A DNA stretch of 64,000 nt from Squalus acanthias (Eukaryota): NCBI GenBank assembly GCA_030390025.1, contig CM059438.1:53384001-53448000 (forward strand). Direction: 5' to 3'. The notes under the pieces are model-generated. The model saw only the letters and a list, made by a program, of their open reading frames with translations, made no database searches and had not been told where the DNA came from. A program made the position numbers and the translations under genes. Shown here piece by piece: positions 52,101 through 64,000 of this stretch (its first letter is position 1; the number at the start of each line of letters is the position of its first letter).

Positions 52101-53570
52101 GACTGGAGGAGATTACAGAGATAGGGAGGGGCGAGGCCATGGAGGGATTTGAGAACAAGCGAGAGATGAAGAATAAAGAGGGATTTTGTCAATGGGGACG
52201 TGATGGAGGCGGGACTCCCACTTTTTGGGTTGCAGTCCCGCCTCCATCGACTTGTGGCCAACCCACTGTATTTTCCCTTGACTGACCTTGTTAAGCCCGC
52301 CCAGCGGGCTTAGCGGGCCAATCAAGGGTCCCTTGGATACAGGTGACATCAGCCATTGAAATTTCATCTGTCAAGAGCTTTTGACAGATGAAATTTCAGC
52401 GTTTGACAGCTCTGTGAAGCTGCCAAACACTGACGATATGATTTCTAACTTCAGTCCCTGTACTTAGACTCAGTTAGAAATCAATCCAGCACAGAAAGCA
52501 GAGACTGCAGCTTTTGACAGCTCCGCGGCCATTCTGCTTTCTGTGCCCGTGAGCTGAGGGACTCCTGAGAACTAAAGGAAGGAAGCCTGCAGGACAAAGT
52601 TAAGGTAAGTAAAAGTTCTTAAAACACTTTACACACACCAAACACACTTACCTCTGCACTCATGCACCCATCACTCACCTGCACACCGGACATCTCGACC
52701 CCTCCAAGCCCTCCAGACCGACGGTCCGCCTCGCTAAATCGGCGTGGTTCGGAACTGTCAGGAAGCCCACACTTCAGGGCTAAAAATAGGGATTAGGCAA
52801 AAAACTGCCTGTTAACTACCTGTTAACAGGCAGTTTATTGGCACTAATCCCCTTCCTGCCTCGGGGAGGCGGGTCCCAGCACCGGTCGGGTACCCGGCTC
52901 CTGGGAAACTGGCATGCAGGCGGGATGGGTTCGGGACCCCCGAATCTGCTATTTTCCCACCCCGCACGCCTCCAAACCCACCTCCACGGGCCGGTGAAAA
53001 TTGAGCCCAGAGACTTTGCTATACTTAGGCTTAGAGTTCTTCATCCTGACAGCATGGCCTAGAAATTGGGTCATATAGCGCCTGTTTATCAGGCGCTACG
53101 CGACCTTCTAAGTTCCCAAACTGGCGGGCAGGAAGCACGAGCACACGTCCGACCATAAGTGGGCCACCTGTCATATTGGTAAGGACAAACATGAGGCGTC
53201 TGTTACCCACACCTGGAGCAGGCATTAGCCTCTTTACAAACGCAAATCAGGTGCAGAGCATCTGCTCCCGGTCCCTGCTGCAAGATTGGTTTGCCCCAGG
53301 ACAGCCTGCGTAGGCGGCACTCATAGAAACCTGGCCCAGGGATTGCCGGCAGAAAAAGTTAAGTTATTACCAGTAAAGTACCATCCTGATCGCTACCCCT
53401 CTGGTCCCAAGACCTACAATCGTCCCCGAGACACACGATCGCACCTTGAGTCCCGCACTCGATCCCCGAGACCCACGACTTACACGCGGTGTGATTTGCG
53501 TGCGGTGTAAATCGGATACTGTGGAAAATGGGCATGGTGTAAATAGGGCGCGGTATAAATCGGGCACGAT
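49121..53570. other. Tandem segmental duplication, copy 2 (runs into the expanded satellite)
   Basis: Highly similar to copy 1, with deletions, a different middle segment (50411-50917, including a minus-strand CR1 RT piece) and a copy-specific insertion. Confidence 0.85.
52180..53008. mobile_element. Copy-specific non-autonomous DNA transposon (Harbinger-type) with internal hairpins
   Basis: Absent at the paralogous site 48363; apparent 3-bp TSD AGA; right terminus GAAAATTGAGCCC. Confidence 0.75.
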
Positions 53571-56500
53571 GTAAAATTGTCGTGGAGTAAAATGGGCACG
53601 GTGTAAATTGCGAGGGGTGCAAATCAGGCAGGTTGTAAATCGGGCGGGGTGTGATACGGGGGGGTTGTGAATCGGAAGCGGTGTGAATTGGGCGCGGTGT
53701 AAATCGGCTGCGCTGTGATTCGGGCGCGGTGTGAATCGGGCGCAGTGTGATTCAGACACAGTGTAATTCGGGCGCGGTTTTGAATCGGGCGCGGTTGTGA
53801 ATTGAGCGCAGTGTGAATCGGGCGCGGTGTGAATCGGACACGGTTGTGAATCGGGCGCAGTGTGTATTGGGCGTGTGTAATTCGGGCGCGGTTGTGAATC
53901 GGGCGCGTTGTGTAATTCAGGCGCGGTGTGATTCGGGCGCAGTGTGAATCGGACGCGGTTGTGAATCGGGCGCGGTTGTGAATCGGGCGCAGTGTGTATT
54001 GGGCGTGTGTAATTCGGGCGCGGTTGTGAATCGGGCGCGTTGTGTAATTCAGGCGCGGTGTGATTCTGGCGCGGTGTGAATCGGACGCGGTTGTGAATCG
54101 GGCGCGGTGTGAATCGGGCGCGGTGTGATTCGGGCGCGGTGTGATTCGGGCGCGGTGTGAATCGGCGCGGTGTAATTCGGGCGCCGTGTGAATCGGACAA
54201 GGTGTGATTCGGGCACGGTGTGAATCGGACACGGTGTGAATCGGCGCGGTGTAATTCGGGCGCCGTGTGAATCGAGCGCGGTGTGAATCGGGCGCGGTGT
54301 GAATCGGGCGCGGTGTGACTCGGCGCGGTGTGAATCGGGCGCGGTGTGAATCGGGCGCTGTGTGAATCGGGCGCAGTGTCAATTGGACGCGGTGTCAATC
54401 GGGCGCGGTGTGAATCGGGCGCGGTGTGAATCAGACGCGGTGTGAATCGGACGCGGTGTCAACCGGGCGCGGTGTCAATCGGACACGCTGTCAATCGGGC
54501 ACCATGTGAATCGGGCGCGGTGAGATTTTGGCGCGTTGTGAATCGGGCGCGGTGAGATTTGGGCGCGGTGTGTATTGGGCGTGTGTAATTCGGGCGCGGT
54601 TCGTGAATTGTGCGCGGTGTGTATTGGGCGTGTGTAATTCGGGCGCGGTTTGTGAATTGGGTGTGTGTAATTCGGGCGCGGTTGTGAATCGGGTGTGTGT
54701 AATTCGGGCGCGGTGTGTATCGGGTGTGTGTAATTCGGGCGCGGTTGTGAATCGGGCGCGGTGTGTGTTGGGTGTGTGTAATTCGGGCGCGGTTGTGAAT
54801 CGGACGCGGTGTGAATCGGAGATGGTGTGAATCGGCGCGGTGTAATTCGGGCGCGGTGTCAATCGGGCGCGGTGTGTATTGGGTGTATGTAATTCGGGCG
54901 CGGTTTGTGAATCGGGTGTGTGTAATTCGGGCGCGGTGTGTATCGGGTGTGTGTAATTCGGGCGCGGTTGTGAATCGGGCGCGGTGTGAATCGGACGCGG
55001 TGTGAATTGGGCACGGTGTGAATCGGACGCGGTGTGAATCGGGCGCGGTGTGAATCGGACGCGGTGTGAATCGGACGCGCTGTGAATCGGGCGCGGTGTG
55101 AATCGGACGCGGTGTAAATCGGGCACGGTGTGAATCGGACGCGGTGTGAATCGGGCGTGGTGTGAATCGGGCGCGGTGTGAATCGGACGCGGTGTCAATC
55201 GGACGCGGTGTGAATCGGGCGCGGTGTGAATCGGGGGCGGTGTGAATCGGGGGCGGTGTGATTCGGGCGCGGTGTGAGTCGGAAGCGGTGTGAATCGGGC
55301 GCGGTGTGATTCGGGCGCGGTGTGAATCGGGCACGGTGTGAGTCGGACAATGTGTGAATCGGACGCGGTGTGAATCGGAGATGGTGTGAATCGGCGCGGT
55401 GTAATTCAGGCGCCGTGTGAATCGGGCGCCATGTGAAACGGACGCGGTGTGAATCAGACGCGGTGTGAATCGGACGCGGTGTCAACCGGGCGCGGTGTCA
55501 ATCGGACACGCTGTCAATCGGGCACCATGTGAATCGGGCGCGGTGAGATTTGGGCGCGGTGTGTATTGGGCGTGTGTAATTCGGGCGCGGTTCGTGAATT
55601 GTGCGCGGTGTGTATTGGGCGTGTGTAATTCGGGCGCGGTTTGTGAATTGGGTGTGTGTAATTCGGGCGCGGTTGTGAATCGGGTGTGTGTAATTCGGGC
55701 GCGGTGTGTATCGGGTGTGTGTAATTCGGGCGCGGTTGTGAATCGGGCGCGGTGTGTATTGGGTGTGTGTAATTCGGGCGCGGTGTGTATTGGGTGTGTG
55801 TAATTCGGGCGCGGTTGTGAATCGGGTGTGTGTAATTCGGGCGCGGTGTGTATCGGGCGTGGTGTGAATCGGACGCGGTGTGAATCGGACGCGGTGTGAA
55901 TCGGGCGTGGTGTGAATCGGACACGGTGTGATTCGGGCGCGGTGTCAATCGGACGCGGTGTCAATCGGCGCGGTGTAATTTGGGCGCGGTGTCAATCGGG
56001 CGCGGTGTCAATCGGGCGCAGTGTCAATCGGACGCGGTGTCAATCGGGCACCATGTGAATCGGGCGCGGTGAGCTTTTGGCGCAGTGTGAATCGGACACC
56101 GTGTGAATCGGGCGCGGTGAGATTTGGGCGTGGTGTGAATCGGGCGCGGTGAGATTTGGGCGTGGTGTGTATTGGGCGTGTGTAATTCGGGCGCGGTTTG
56201 TGAATCGGGTGTGTGTAATTCAGGCGCGGTGTGTATCGGGTGTGTGTAATTCGGGCGCGGTTGTGAATCGGGCGCGGTGTGAATCGGACGCGGTGTGAAT
56301 CGGACGCAGTGTGAATCGGGCGCGATGTGAATCGGGGGCGGTGTGATTCGGGCGCGGTGTGAGTCGGAAGCGGTGTGAATCGGGCGCGGTGTGATTCGGA
56401 CGTGGTGTGAATCGGGCGCCGTGTGAATCGGACGCGGTGTCAACCGGGCGCGGTGTCAATCGGACACGCTGTCAATCGGGTACCATGTGAATCGGGCGCG

Positions 56501-59500
56501 GTGAGATTTTGGCGCGTTGTGAATCGGGCGCGGTGAGATTTGGGCGCGGTGTGTATTGGGCGTGTGTAATTCGGGCGCGGTTCGTGAATTGTGCGCGGTG
56601 TGTATTGGGCGTGTGTAATTCGGGCGCGGTTTGTGAATTGGGTGTGTGTAATTCGGGCGCGGTTGTGAATCGGGTGTGTGTAATTCGGGCGCGGTGTGTA
56701 TCGGGTGTGTGTAATTCGGGCGCGGTTGTGAATCGGGCGCGGTGTGTGTTGGGTGTGTGTAATTCGGGCGCGGTGTGTATTGGGTGTGTGTAATTCGGGC
56801 GCGGTCGTGAATCGGGTGTGAGTAATTCGGACGCGGTGTGTATCGGGCGTGGTGTGAATCGGACGCGGTGTGAATCGGGCGCGGTGAGATTTGGGCGTGG
56901 TGTGTATTGGGCGTGTGTAATTCGGGCGCGGTTTGTGAATCGGGTGTGTGTAATTCGGGCGCGGTGTCAATCGGGCGCGGTGTGTATTGGGTGTATGTAA
57001 TTCGGGCGCGGTTTGTGAATCGGGTGTGTGTAATTCGGGCGCGGTGTGTATCGGGTGTGTGTAATTCGGGCGCGGTTGTGAATCGGGCGCGGTGTGAATC
57101 GGACGCGGTGTGAATCGGGCACGGTGTGAATCGGACGCGGTGTGAATCGGACGCGCTGTGAATCGGGCGCGGATGTGAATCGGACGCGGTGTGAATCGGG
57201 CGCGGTGTGAATCGGGCGCGGTGTGAATCGGGCGCGGTGTGAATCGGGCACGGTGTGAATCGTACGCGGTGTCAATCGGACGCGGTGTGAATCGGGCGCG
57301 GTGTGAATCGGGGGCGGTGTGAATCGGGGGCGGTGTGATTCGGGCGCGGTGTGAGTCGGAAGCGGTGTGAATCGGGCACGGTGTGATTCGGGCGCGGTGT
57401 GAATCGGGCACGGTGTGAGTCGGACAATGTGTGAATCGGACGCGGTGTGAATCGGAGATGGTGTGAATCGGCGCGGTGTAATTCGGGCGCGGTGTCAATC
57501 GGGCGCGGTGTGTATTGGGTGTATGTAATTCGGGCGCGGTTTGTGAATCGGGTGTGTGTAATTCGGGCGCGGTGTGTATCGGGTGTGTGTAATTCGGGCG
57601 CGGTTGTGAATCGGGCGCGGTTGTGAATCGGGCGCGGTGTGAATCGGACGCGGTGTGAATCGGGCACGGTGTGAATCGGACGCGGTGTGAATCGGGCGCG
57701 GTGTGAATCGGACGCGGTGTGAATCGGACGCGCTGTGAATCGGGCGCGGTGTGAATCGGACGCGGTGTGAATCGGGCGCGGTGTGAATCGGACGCGGTGT
57801 GAATCGGGCGCGGTGTGAATCGGGCGCGGTGTGAATCGGACGCGGTGTCAATCGGACGCGGTGTGAATCGGGGGCGGTGTGAATCGGGGGCGGTGTGATT
57901 CGGGCGCGGTGTGAGTCGGAAGCGGTGTGAATCGGGCGCGGTGTGATTCGGGCGCGGTGTGAATCGGGCACGGTGTGAGTCGGACAATGTGTGAATCGGA
58001 CGCGGTGTGAATCGGAGATGGTGTGAATCGGCGCGGTGTAATTCAGGCGCCGTGTGAATCGGGCGCCATGTGAAACGGACGCGGTGTGAATCAGACGCGG
58101 TGTGAATCGGACGCGGTGTCAACCGGGCGCGGTGTCAATCGGACACGCTGTCAATCGGGCACCATGTGAATCGGGCGCGGTGAGATTTTGGCGCGTTGTG
58201 AATCGGGCGCGGTGAGATTTGGGCGCGGTGTGTATTGGGCGTGTGTAATTCGGGCGCGGTTCGTGAATTGTGCGCGGTGTGTATTGGGCGTGTGTAATTC
58301 GGGCGCGGTTTGTGAATTGGGTGTGTGTAATTCGGGCGCGGTTGTGAATCGGGTGTGTGTAATTCGGGCGCGGTGTGTATCGGGTGTGTGTAATTCGGGC
58401 GCGGTTGTGAATCGGGCGCGGTGTGTGTTGGGTGTGTGTAATTCGGGCGCGGTGTGTATTGGGTGTGTGTAATTCGGGCGCGGTCGTGAATCGGGTGTGT
58501 GTAATTCGGGCGCGGTGTGTATCGGGCGTGGTGTGAATCGGACGCGGTGTGAATCGGACGCGGTGTGAATCGGGCGTGGTGTGAATCGGACACGGTGTGA
58601 TTCGGGCGCGGTGTCAATCGGACGCGGTGTCAATCGGCGCGGTGTAATTTGGGCGCGGTGTCAATCGGGCGCGGTGTCAATCGGGCGCAGTGTCAATCGG
58701 ACGCGGTGTCAATCGGGCACCATGTGAATCGGGCGCGGTGAGCTTTTGGCGCAGTGTGAATCGGACACCGTGTGAATCGGGCGCGGTGAGATTTGGGCGT
58801 GGTGTGAATCGGGCGCGGTGAGATTTGGGCGTGGTGTGTATTGGGCGTGTGTAATTCGGGCGCGGTTTGTGAATCGGGTGTGTGTAATTCAGGCGCGGTG
58901 TGTATCGGGTGTGTGTAATTCGGGCGCGGTTGTGAATCGGGCGCGGTGTGAATCGGGCGCGGTGTGAATCAGGCGCGGTGTGAATCGGACGCGGTGTGAA
59001 TCGGACGCAGTGTGAATCGGGCGCGATGTGAATCGGGGGCGGTGTGATTCGGGCGCGGTGTGAGTCGGAAGCGGTGTGAATCCGGCGCGGTGTGATTCGG
59101 ACGTGGTGTGAATCGGGCGCCGTGTGAATCGGACGCGGTGTCAACCGGGCGCGGTGTCAATCGGACACGCTGTCAATCGGGCACCATGTGAATCGGGCGC
59201 GGTGAGATTTTGGCGCGTTGTGAATCGGGCGCGGTGAGATTTGGGCGCGGTGTGTATTGGGCGTGTGTAATTCGGGCGCGGTTCGTGAATTGTGCGCGGT
59301 GTGTATTGGGCGTGTGTAATTCGGGCGCGGTTTGTGAATTGGGTGTGTGTAATTCGGGCGCGGTTGTGAATCGGGTGTGTGTAATTCGGGCGCGGTGTGT
59401 ATCGGGTGTGTGTAATTCGGGCGCGGTTGTGAATCGGGCGCGGTGTGTGTTGGGTGTGTGTAATTCGGGCGCGGTGTGTATTGGGTGTGTGTAATTCGGG

Positions 59501-62400
59501 CGCGGTTGTGAATCGGGTGTGTGTAATTCGGGCGCGGTGTGTATCGGGCGTGGTGTGAATCGGACGCGGTGTGAATCGGACGCGGTGTGAATCGGGCGTG
59601 GTGTGAATCGGACACGGTGTGATTCGGGCGCGGTGTCAATCGGACGCGGTGTCAATCGGCGCGGTGTAATTTGGGCGCGGTGTCAATCGGGCGCGGTGTC
59701 AATCGGGCGCAGTGTCAATCGGACGCGGTGTCAATCGGGCACCATGTGAATCGGGCGCGGTGAGCTTTTGGCGCAGTGTGAATCGGACACCGTGTGAATC
59801 GGGCGCGGTGAGATTTGGGCGTGGTGTGAATCGGGCGCGGTGAGATTTGGCGTGGTGTGTATTGGGCGTGTGTAATTCGGGCGCGGTTTGTGAATCGGGT
59901 GTGTGTAATTCAGGCGCAGTGTGTATCGGGTGTGTGTAATTCGGGCGCGGTTGTGAATCGGGCGCGGTGTGAATCGGGCGCGGTGTGAATCGGGCGCGGT
60001 GTGAATCGGGCGCGGTGTGAATCGGACGCAGTGTGAATCGGGCGCGATGTGAATCGGGGGCGGTGTGATTCGGGTGCGGTGTGAGTCGGAAGCGGTGTGA
60101 ATCGGGCGCGGTGTGATTCGGACGTGGTGTGAATCGGGCGCCGTGTGAATCGGACGCGGTGTGAATCGGACGCGGTGTCAACCGGGCGCGGTGTCAATCG
60201 GACACGCCGTCAATCGGGCACCATGTGCATCGGGCGCGGTGAGATTTTGGCGCGGTGTGAATCGGACGCGGTGAGATTTGGGCGCGGTGTGTATTGGGCA
60301 AGTGTAATTCGGGCGCGGTTTGTGAATCGGGTGTGTGTAATTCGGGCGCGGTGTGTATCGGGTGTGTGTAATTCGGGCGCGGTTGTGAATCGGGCGCGGT
60401 GTGTATTGGGTGTGTGTAATTCGGGCGCGGTCGTGAATCGGGTGTGTGTAATTCGGGCGCGGTTGTGAATCAGGCGCGGTCTGAATCGGGCGCGGTGTGA
60501 ATCGGACGCGGTGTGATTCGGGCGCGGAGTGAATCGGGCGCGGTGTGAATCGGGCGCGGTGTGAATCGGGGGCGATGTGAATCGGACGCGGTGTAAATCG
60601 GGCGCGGTGTGATTCGGGCGCGGTGTGATTCGGGCGCGGTGTGAATCGGGCGTGGTGTGAATCGGACGCGGTGTGAATCGGGCGAGGTGTGAATCGGACG
60701 CGTTGTGGTTCGGGCGCGGTGTGAATCGGACGCGGTGTGAATCGGGCGCGGTGTGATTCGGGCGCGGTGTGAATCAGGCGCGATGTGATTCGGGCACGGT
60801 GTGAATCGGACGCGGTGTGAATCGGACACGTTGTGAATCGGCGCGGTGTAATTCGGGCGCCGTGAGAATCGGACACGGTGTCAATCGGGCGCAGTGTCAA
60901 TCGGACGCGGTGTCAATCGGCGCCGTGTCAATCGGACGCGGTGTCAATCGGACGCGGTGTCAATCGGACGCCATGTGAATCGGGCGCGGTGAGCTTTGGG
61001 CGCGGTGTGAATCGGACACGGTTTGAATCGGGCACGGTGTGATTTGGGCGCGGTGTGAATCGGACACGGTGTGAATCGGGCGCGGTGAGATTTGGGCGCG
61101 GTGTGAATCGGACACGGTGTGAATCGGGCGCGGTGTGAATCGGGCGCGGTGTGAATCGGGCGCGGTGAGATTTGGGTGTGGTGTGTATTGGGCGTGTGTA
61201 ATTCGGGCGCGGTTTGTGAATCGGGTGTGTGTAATTCGGGCGCGGTTTGTGAATCGGGTGTGTGTAATTCGGGCGCGGTGTGTATCGGGTGTGTGTAATT
61301 CGGGCGCGGTTGTGAATCGGGCGCGGTTGTGAATCGGGCGCGGTGTGAATCGGGCGCGGTGTGAATTGGACGCGGTGTGAATCGGGCGCGGTGAGATTTG
61401 GGCGCGGTGTGTATTGGGCGTGTGTAATTCGGGCGCGGTTTGTGAATCGGGTGTGTGTAATTCGGGCGCGGTTGTGAATCGGGTGTGTGTAATTCGGGCA
61501 CGGTGTGTATCGGGTGTGTGTAATTCGGGCGCGGTGTGTATCGGGTGTGTGTAATTCAGGCGCGGTTGTGAATCGGGCGCGGTGTGTATTGGGTGTGTGT
61601 AATTGGGGCGCGGTGTGTATCGGGTGTGTGTAATTCGGGCGCGCTGTGTATCGGGTGTGTGTAATTCGGACGCGGTTGTGAATCGGGCGCGGTATGTATC
61701 GGGTGTGTATAATTCGGGCGCGGTTGTGAATCGGGCGCGGTCGTGAATCGGGTGTGTGTAATTCGGACACGGTGTGATTCGGACGCGGTGTGAATCGGGC
61801 GCGGTGTGAATCGGACGCGGTGTGAATCGGACGCGGTGTGAATCGGGCGCGGTGTGAACCGGGCGCGGTGTCATTCGGCGCGGTGTGAATCAGGTACGGT
61901 GTGAATCGGGCACGGTGTAATTCGGGCGTGGTGTGAATCGGGAGCAGTGTAATTCGGGCGCGGTGTGACTTGGCGCGGTGTGAATCAGATGCGGTGTGAT
62001 TCGGGTGTGGTGTGAATCGGGCGCCGTGTGAATCGGGCGCGGTATAATTGGGACGTGGTGTGAATCGGACGCGATGTGAATCGGACGCGGGGTGGTTCAG
62101 ATGCGGTGTGAATCGGGCGCGGTATAATTCGGACGCAGTGTGAATCGAACGCGGGGTGGTTCAGATGCGGTGTGAATCGGGCGCGGTATAATTCGGACGC
62201 GGTGTCAATCGGGTGCAGTGTAATTCAAGCGCGGTTGTGAATAGGGCGCGGTGTAATTCGGGCACGGTGTCAATCGGGCACGGTGTAAATTGGTCGCAGT
62301 GTGAATAGGGAGCGGTGTAATTCGGGCACGGTTTGAATCGGACGCGGCGTGAATCGGGCGCGGCATGAATCGGGCGCGGCGTGAATCGGGCGCGGTGTAC
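53490..62400. repeat. ~9-kb CpG-rich satellite, ~16-bp monomer GTGTGAATCGGGCGCG with ~1-kb higher-order units
   Basis: Read directly. Confidence 0.97.
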
Positions 62401-62476
62401 AACGGATGTGGTGTAAAATGGGCTGGTGATTTGCTGTCGCCCGTTTTGCAATACGCCAAAGTAGAATTTCAATCCC

Positions 62477-62980
62477 AATGTCTTCCCAACTGGAGGAAGT
62501 TCTGGCTAATCTAGGATTGGATGTGGGACAAACAATCTGACAGCAGAGAGGCAATTGAGGGTTGAGAGAGGTGGTGGAGAGGTTGAGATGGGTCTCATGA
62601 ATTTACATGTGGTAACTGATTAAATGTCTGTGGATGATGTTTCCGAGGAGCAGCATTGTAGTTAAGGGAAAGGAACTGGCCAAGGATAGATCCTTGGTGA
62701 ACTTAGGAGGAAACCTGATTGGAGGGATTCAAACCGACCAGAGATAGCCGTGTCAGTGATCAAGACCATGGGAGTAGCCAGACCACAGGGGAGGAGGAGG
62801 TTGAAGGGCGGCCATGAAGAATCATTTATTGCGGCCTGGCAGCATGTAGTGTGGCATTTGGTGGGGTTAATGCCAGTACCAGCCCTGGTATCAAGGTACA
62901 GGAGCAGCGCTGGTGTTATCAAGGCCTGACTGCAGGTCAGGTGATATTGGGTGGAGTTGGGGCTGGGCACTTCTGAGAAA
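62477..62980 (-). mobile_element. Old L2-type RT fragment
   Basis: Reverse-strand PQGSILG-like motif near 62670-62700; degenerate. Confidence 0.5.
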
Positions 62981-63106
62981 GGTGAAGAGTAGAAACAAAT
63001 ATTTAATAAAATGAATAAACCTCAATCCAATTACTAATTTTTGACTGGGTGCATTTTGGATTTTTAATGTTTCCCTTTAGGATTAATTATCTTTACCACA
63101 GAGAAG

Positions 63107-63982
63107 ATGAAACTTGCTGAATATTTTGCACGAATTGCCTATCCAGGGCCTTATAACAAGCCTGACCTGGAGACACTAACCAGGATACTGGAACACCACA
63201 TCACAACTATTCCCTTTGAAAATCTCAGTTTACACTGCGGGGAAACAATTGTGCTCAACATGGAAGCATTCTTTGATAAATTAGTGAGGAAAAACCGAGG
63301 GGGCTGCTGTGTGGAAAATAATGGCCTGTTCTACTGGGTATTAAAGGAGATGGGATACAATGTGAAGATGCTGACAGCAAGAATATACAAAACATCAAAG
63401 GAAAGGTATGAAGGCCGCAGAGGTCATCTTATTCTCTTAGTCACCATTGATGGCAAGAATTATATAACTGACGTGGGCTTTATATCATCCTACCAAATTC
63501 GACAACCCCTGCAGCTGGTGTCAGGCAAAGAGCAGCCTCAGCTTCCTGGCACATTCTGCCTGACTGAAGTCAACAACATCTGGCACCTGGAAAAAGTTGG
63601 GAGAAAACTTCAAGTTGAAGATAAAAGCAATGTAAGTCCAACTCTGCTGAACAGAAACACCCACCAAAAACTCTATTGCTTTAACCTCGAGCCTCGTAGA
63701 CTGGAGGACTTTGAGGAAGCATTAATCCACTATACAACATCACCTAAGTCCCCCTTACTGAAATTATCTTTTGTCTGCTGTCAGACCACGAATGGCTATA
63801 AAACTCTGAAAGGATGGACCTACAGTGAGAACATTTTTAATGGTAAAGATGGAAAGGACCTGAGGATCTCTACAACCCTGACTGATGAGGAGGTACAACA
63901 TCTGATCAAGGAGAGTTTCAATTTGAAGCTGGAGAAGGGGCTAGTGCCAGTGGAAAATTACTCGAATTCCCTGCTGGAATAA
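63107..63982 (+). CDS. Arylamine N-acetyltransferase (NAT1/NAT2 family), intronless 291-aa CDS
   Basis: IPFENL motif, RGGxC with Cys68, His107 and Asp122 (DVGF) at canonical positions; splice acceptor ttccctttag at 63071-63080 implies an upstream non-coding exon. Confidence 0.96.
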   Translation: MKLAEYFARIAYPGPYNKPDLETLTRILEHHITTIPFENLSLHCGETIVLNMEAFFDKLVRKNRGGCCVENNGLFYWVLKEMGYNVKMLTARIYKTSKERYEGRRGHLILLVTIDGKNYITDVGFISSYQIRQPLQLVSGKEQPQLPGTFCLTEVNNIWHLEKVGRKLQVEDKSNVSPTLLNRNTHQKLYCFNLEPRRLEDFEEALIHYTTSPKSPLLKLSFVCCQTTNGYKTLKGWTYSENIFNGKDGKDLRISTTLTDEEVQHLIKESFNLKLEKGLVPVENYSNSLLE

Positions 63983-64000
63983 CGTCCACCCAGCATGTGA

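Noticed and set aside
53367..62554. Many Pro/His/Thr/Arg-rich ORFs
   Set aside because: Translations of the 16-bp satellite

Overview
Eukaryotic genomic DNA, almost certainly from a cartilaginous fish: it carries an HE1/V-SINE, Deu-domain SINEs, and CR1, L2, Penelope and Harbinger relics. The left ~40 kb holds the 5' two-thirds of HELLS/LSH (SNF2 helicase) on the minus strand. I traced 15 coding exons with GT-AG sites, a probable non-coding first exon and an E2F/CCAAT promoter near 39.9 kb; the gene runs off the left edge. An intact single-exon arylamine N-acetyltransferase (NAT) CDS lies at 63107-63982 (+). Between the two genes are a GA/GT microsatellite with an assembly gap, a diverged ~6 kb tandem duplication, and a ~9 kb CpG-rich 16-bp satellite whose unexpanded seed survives in the first duplicate. 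HELLS introns contain a TIR/TSD-complete hAT element, a fold-back Penelope insertion, two large minisatellites and two cryptic paralogous proline-rich coding-like relics. The exon 4/5 frame is inconsistent at an A9 run. I cannot support a genuinely new multi-gene system. The best leads are the satellite-birth snapshot, the cryptic intronic paralogues and the HELLS frame anomaly.
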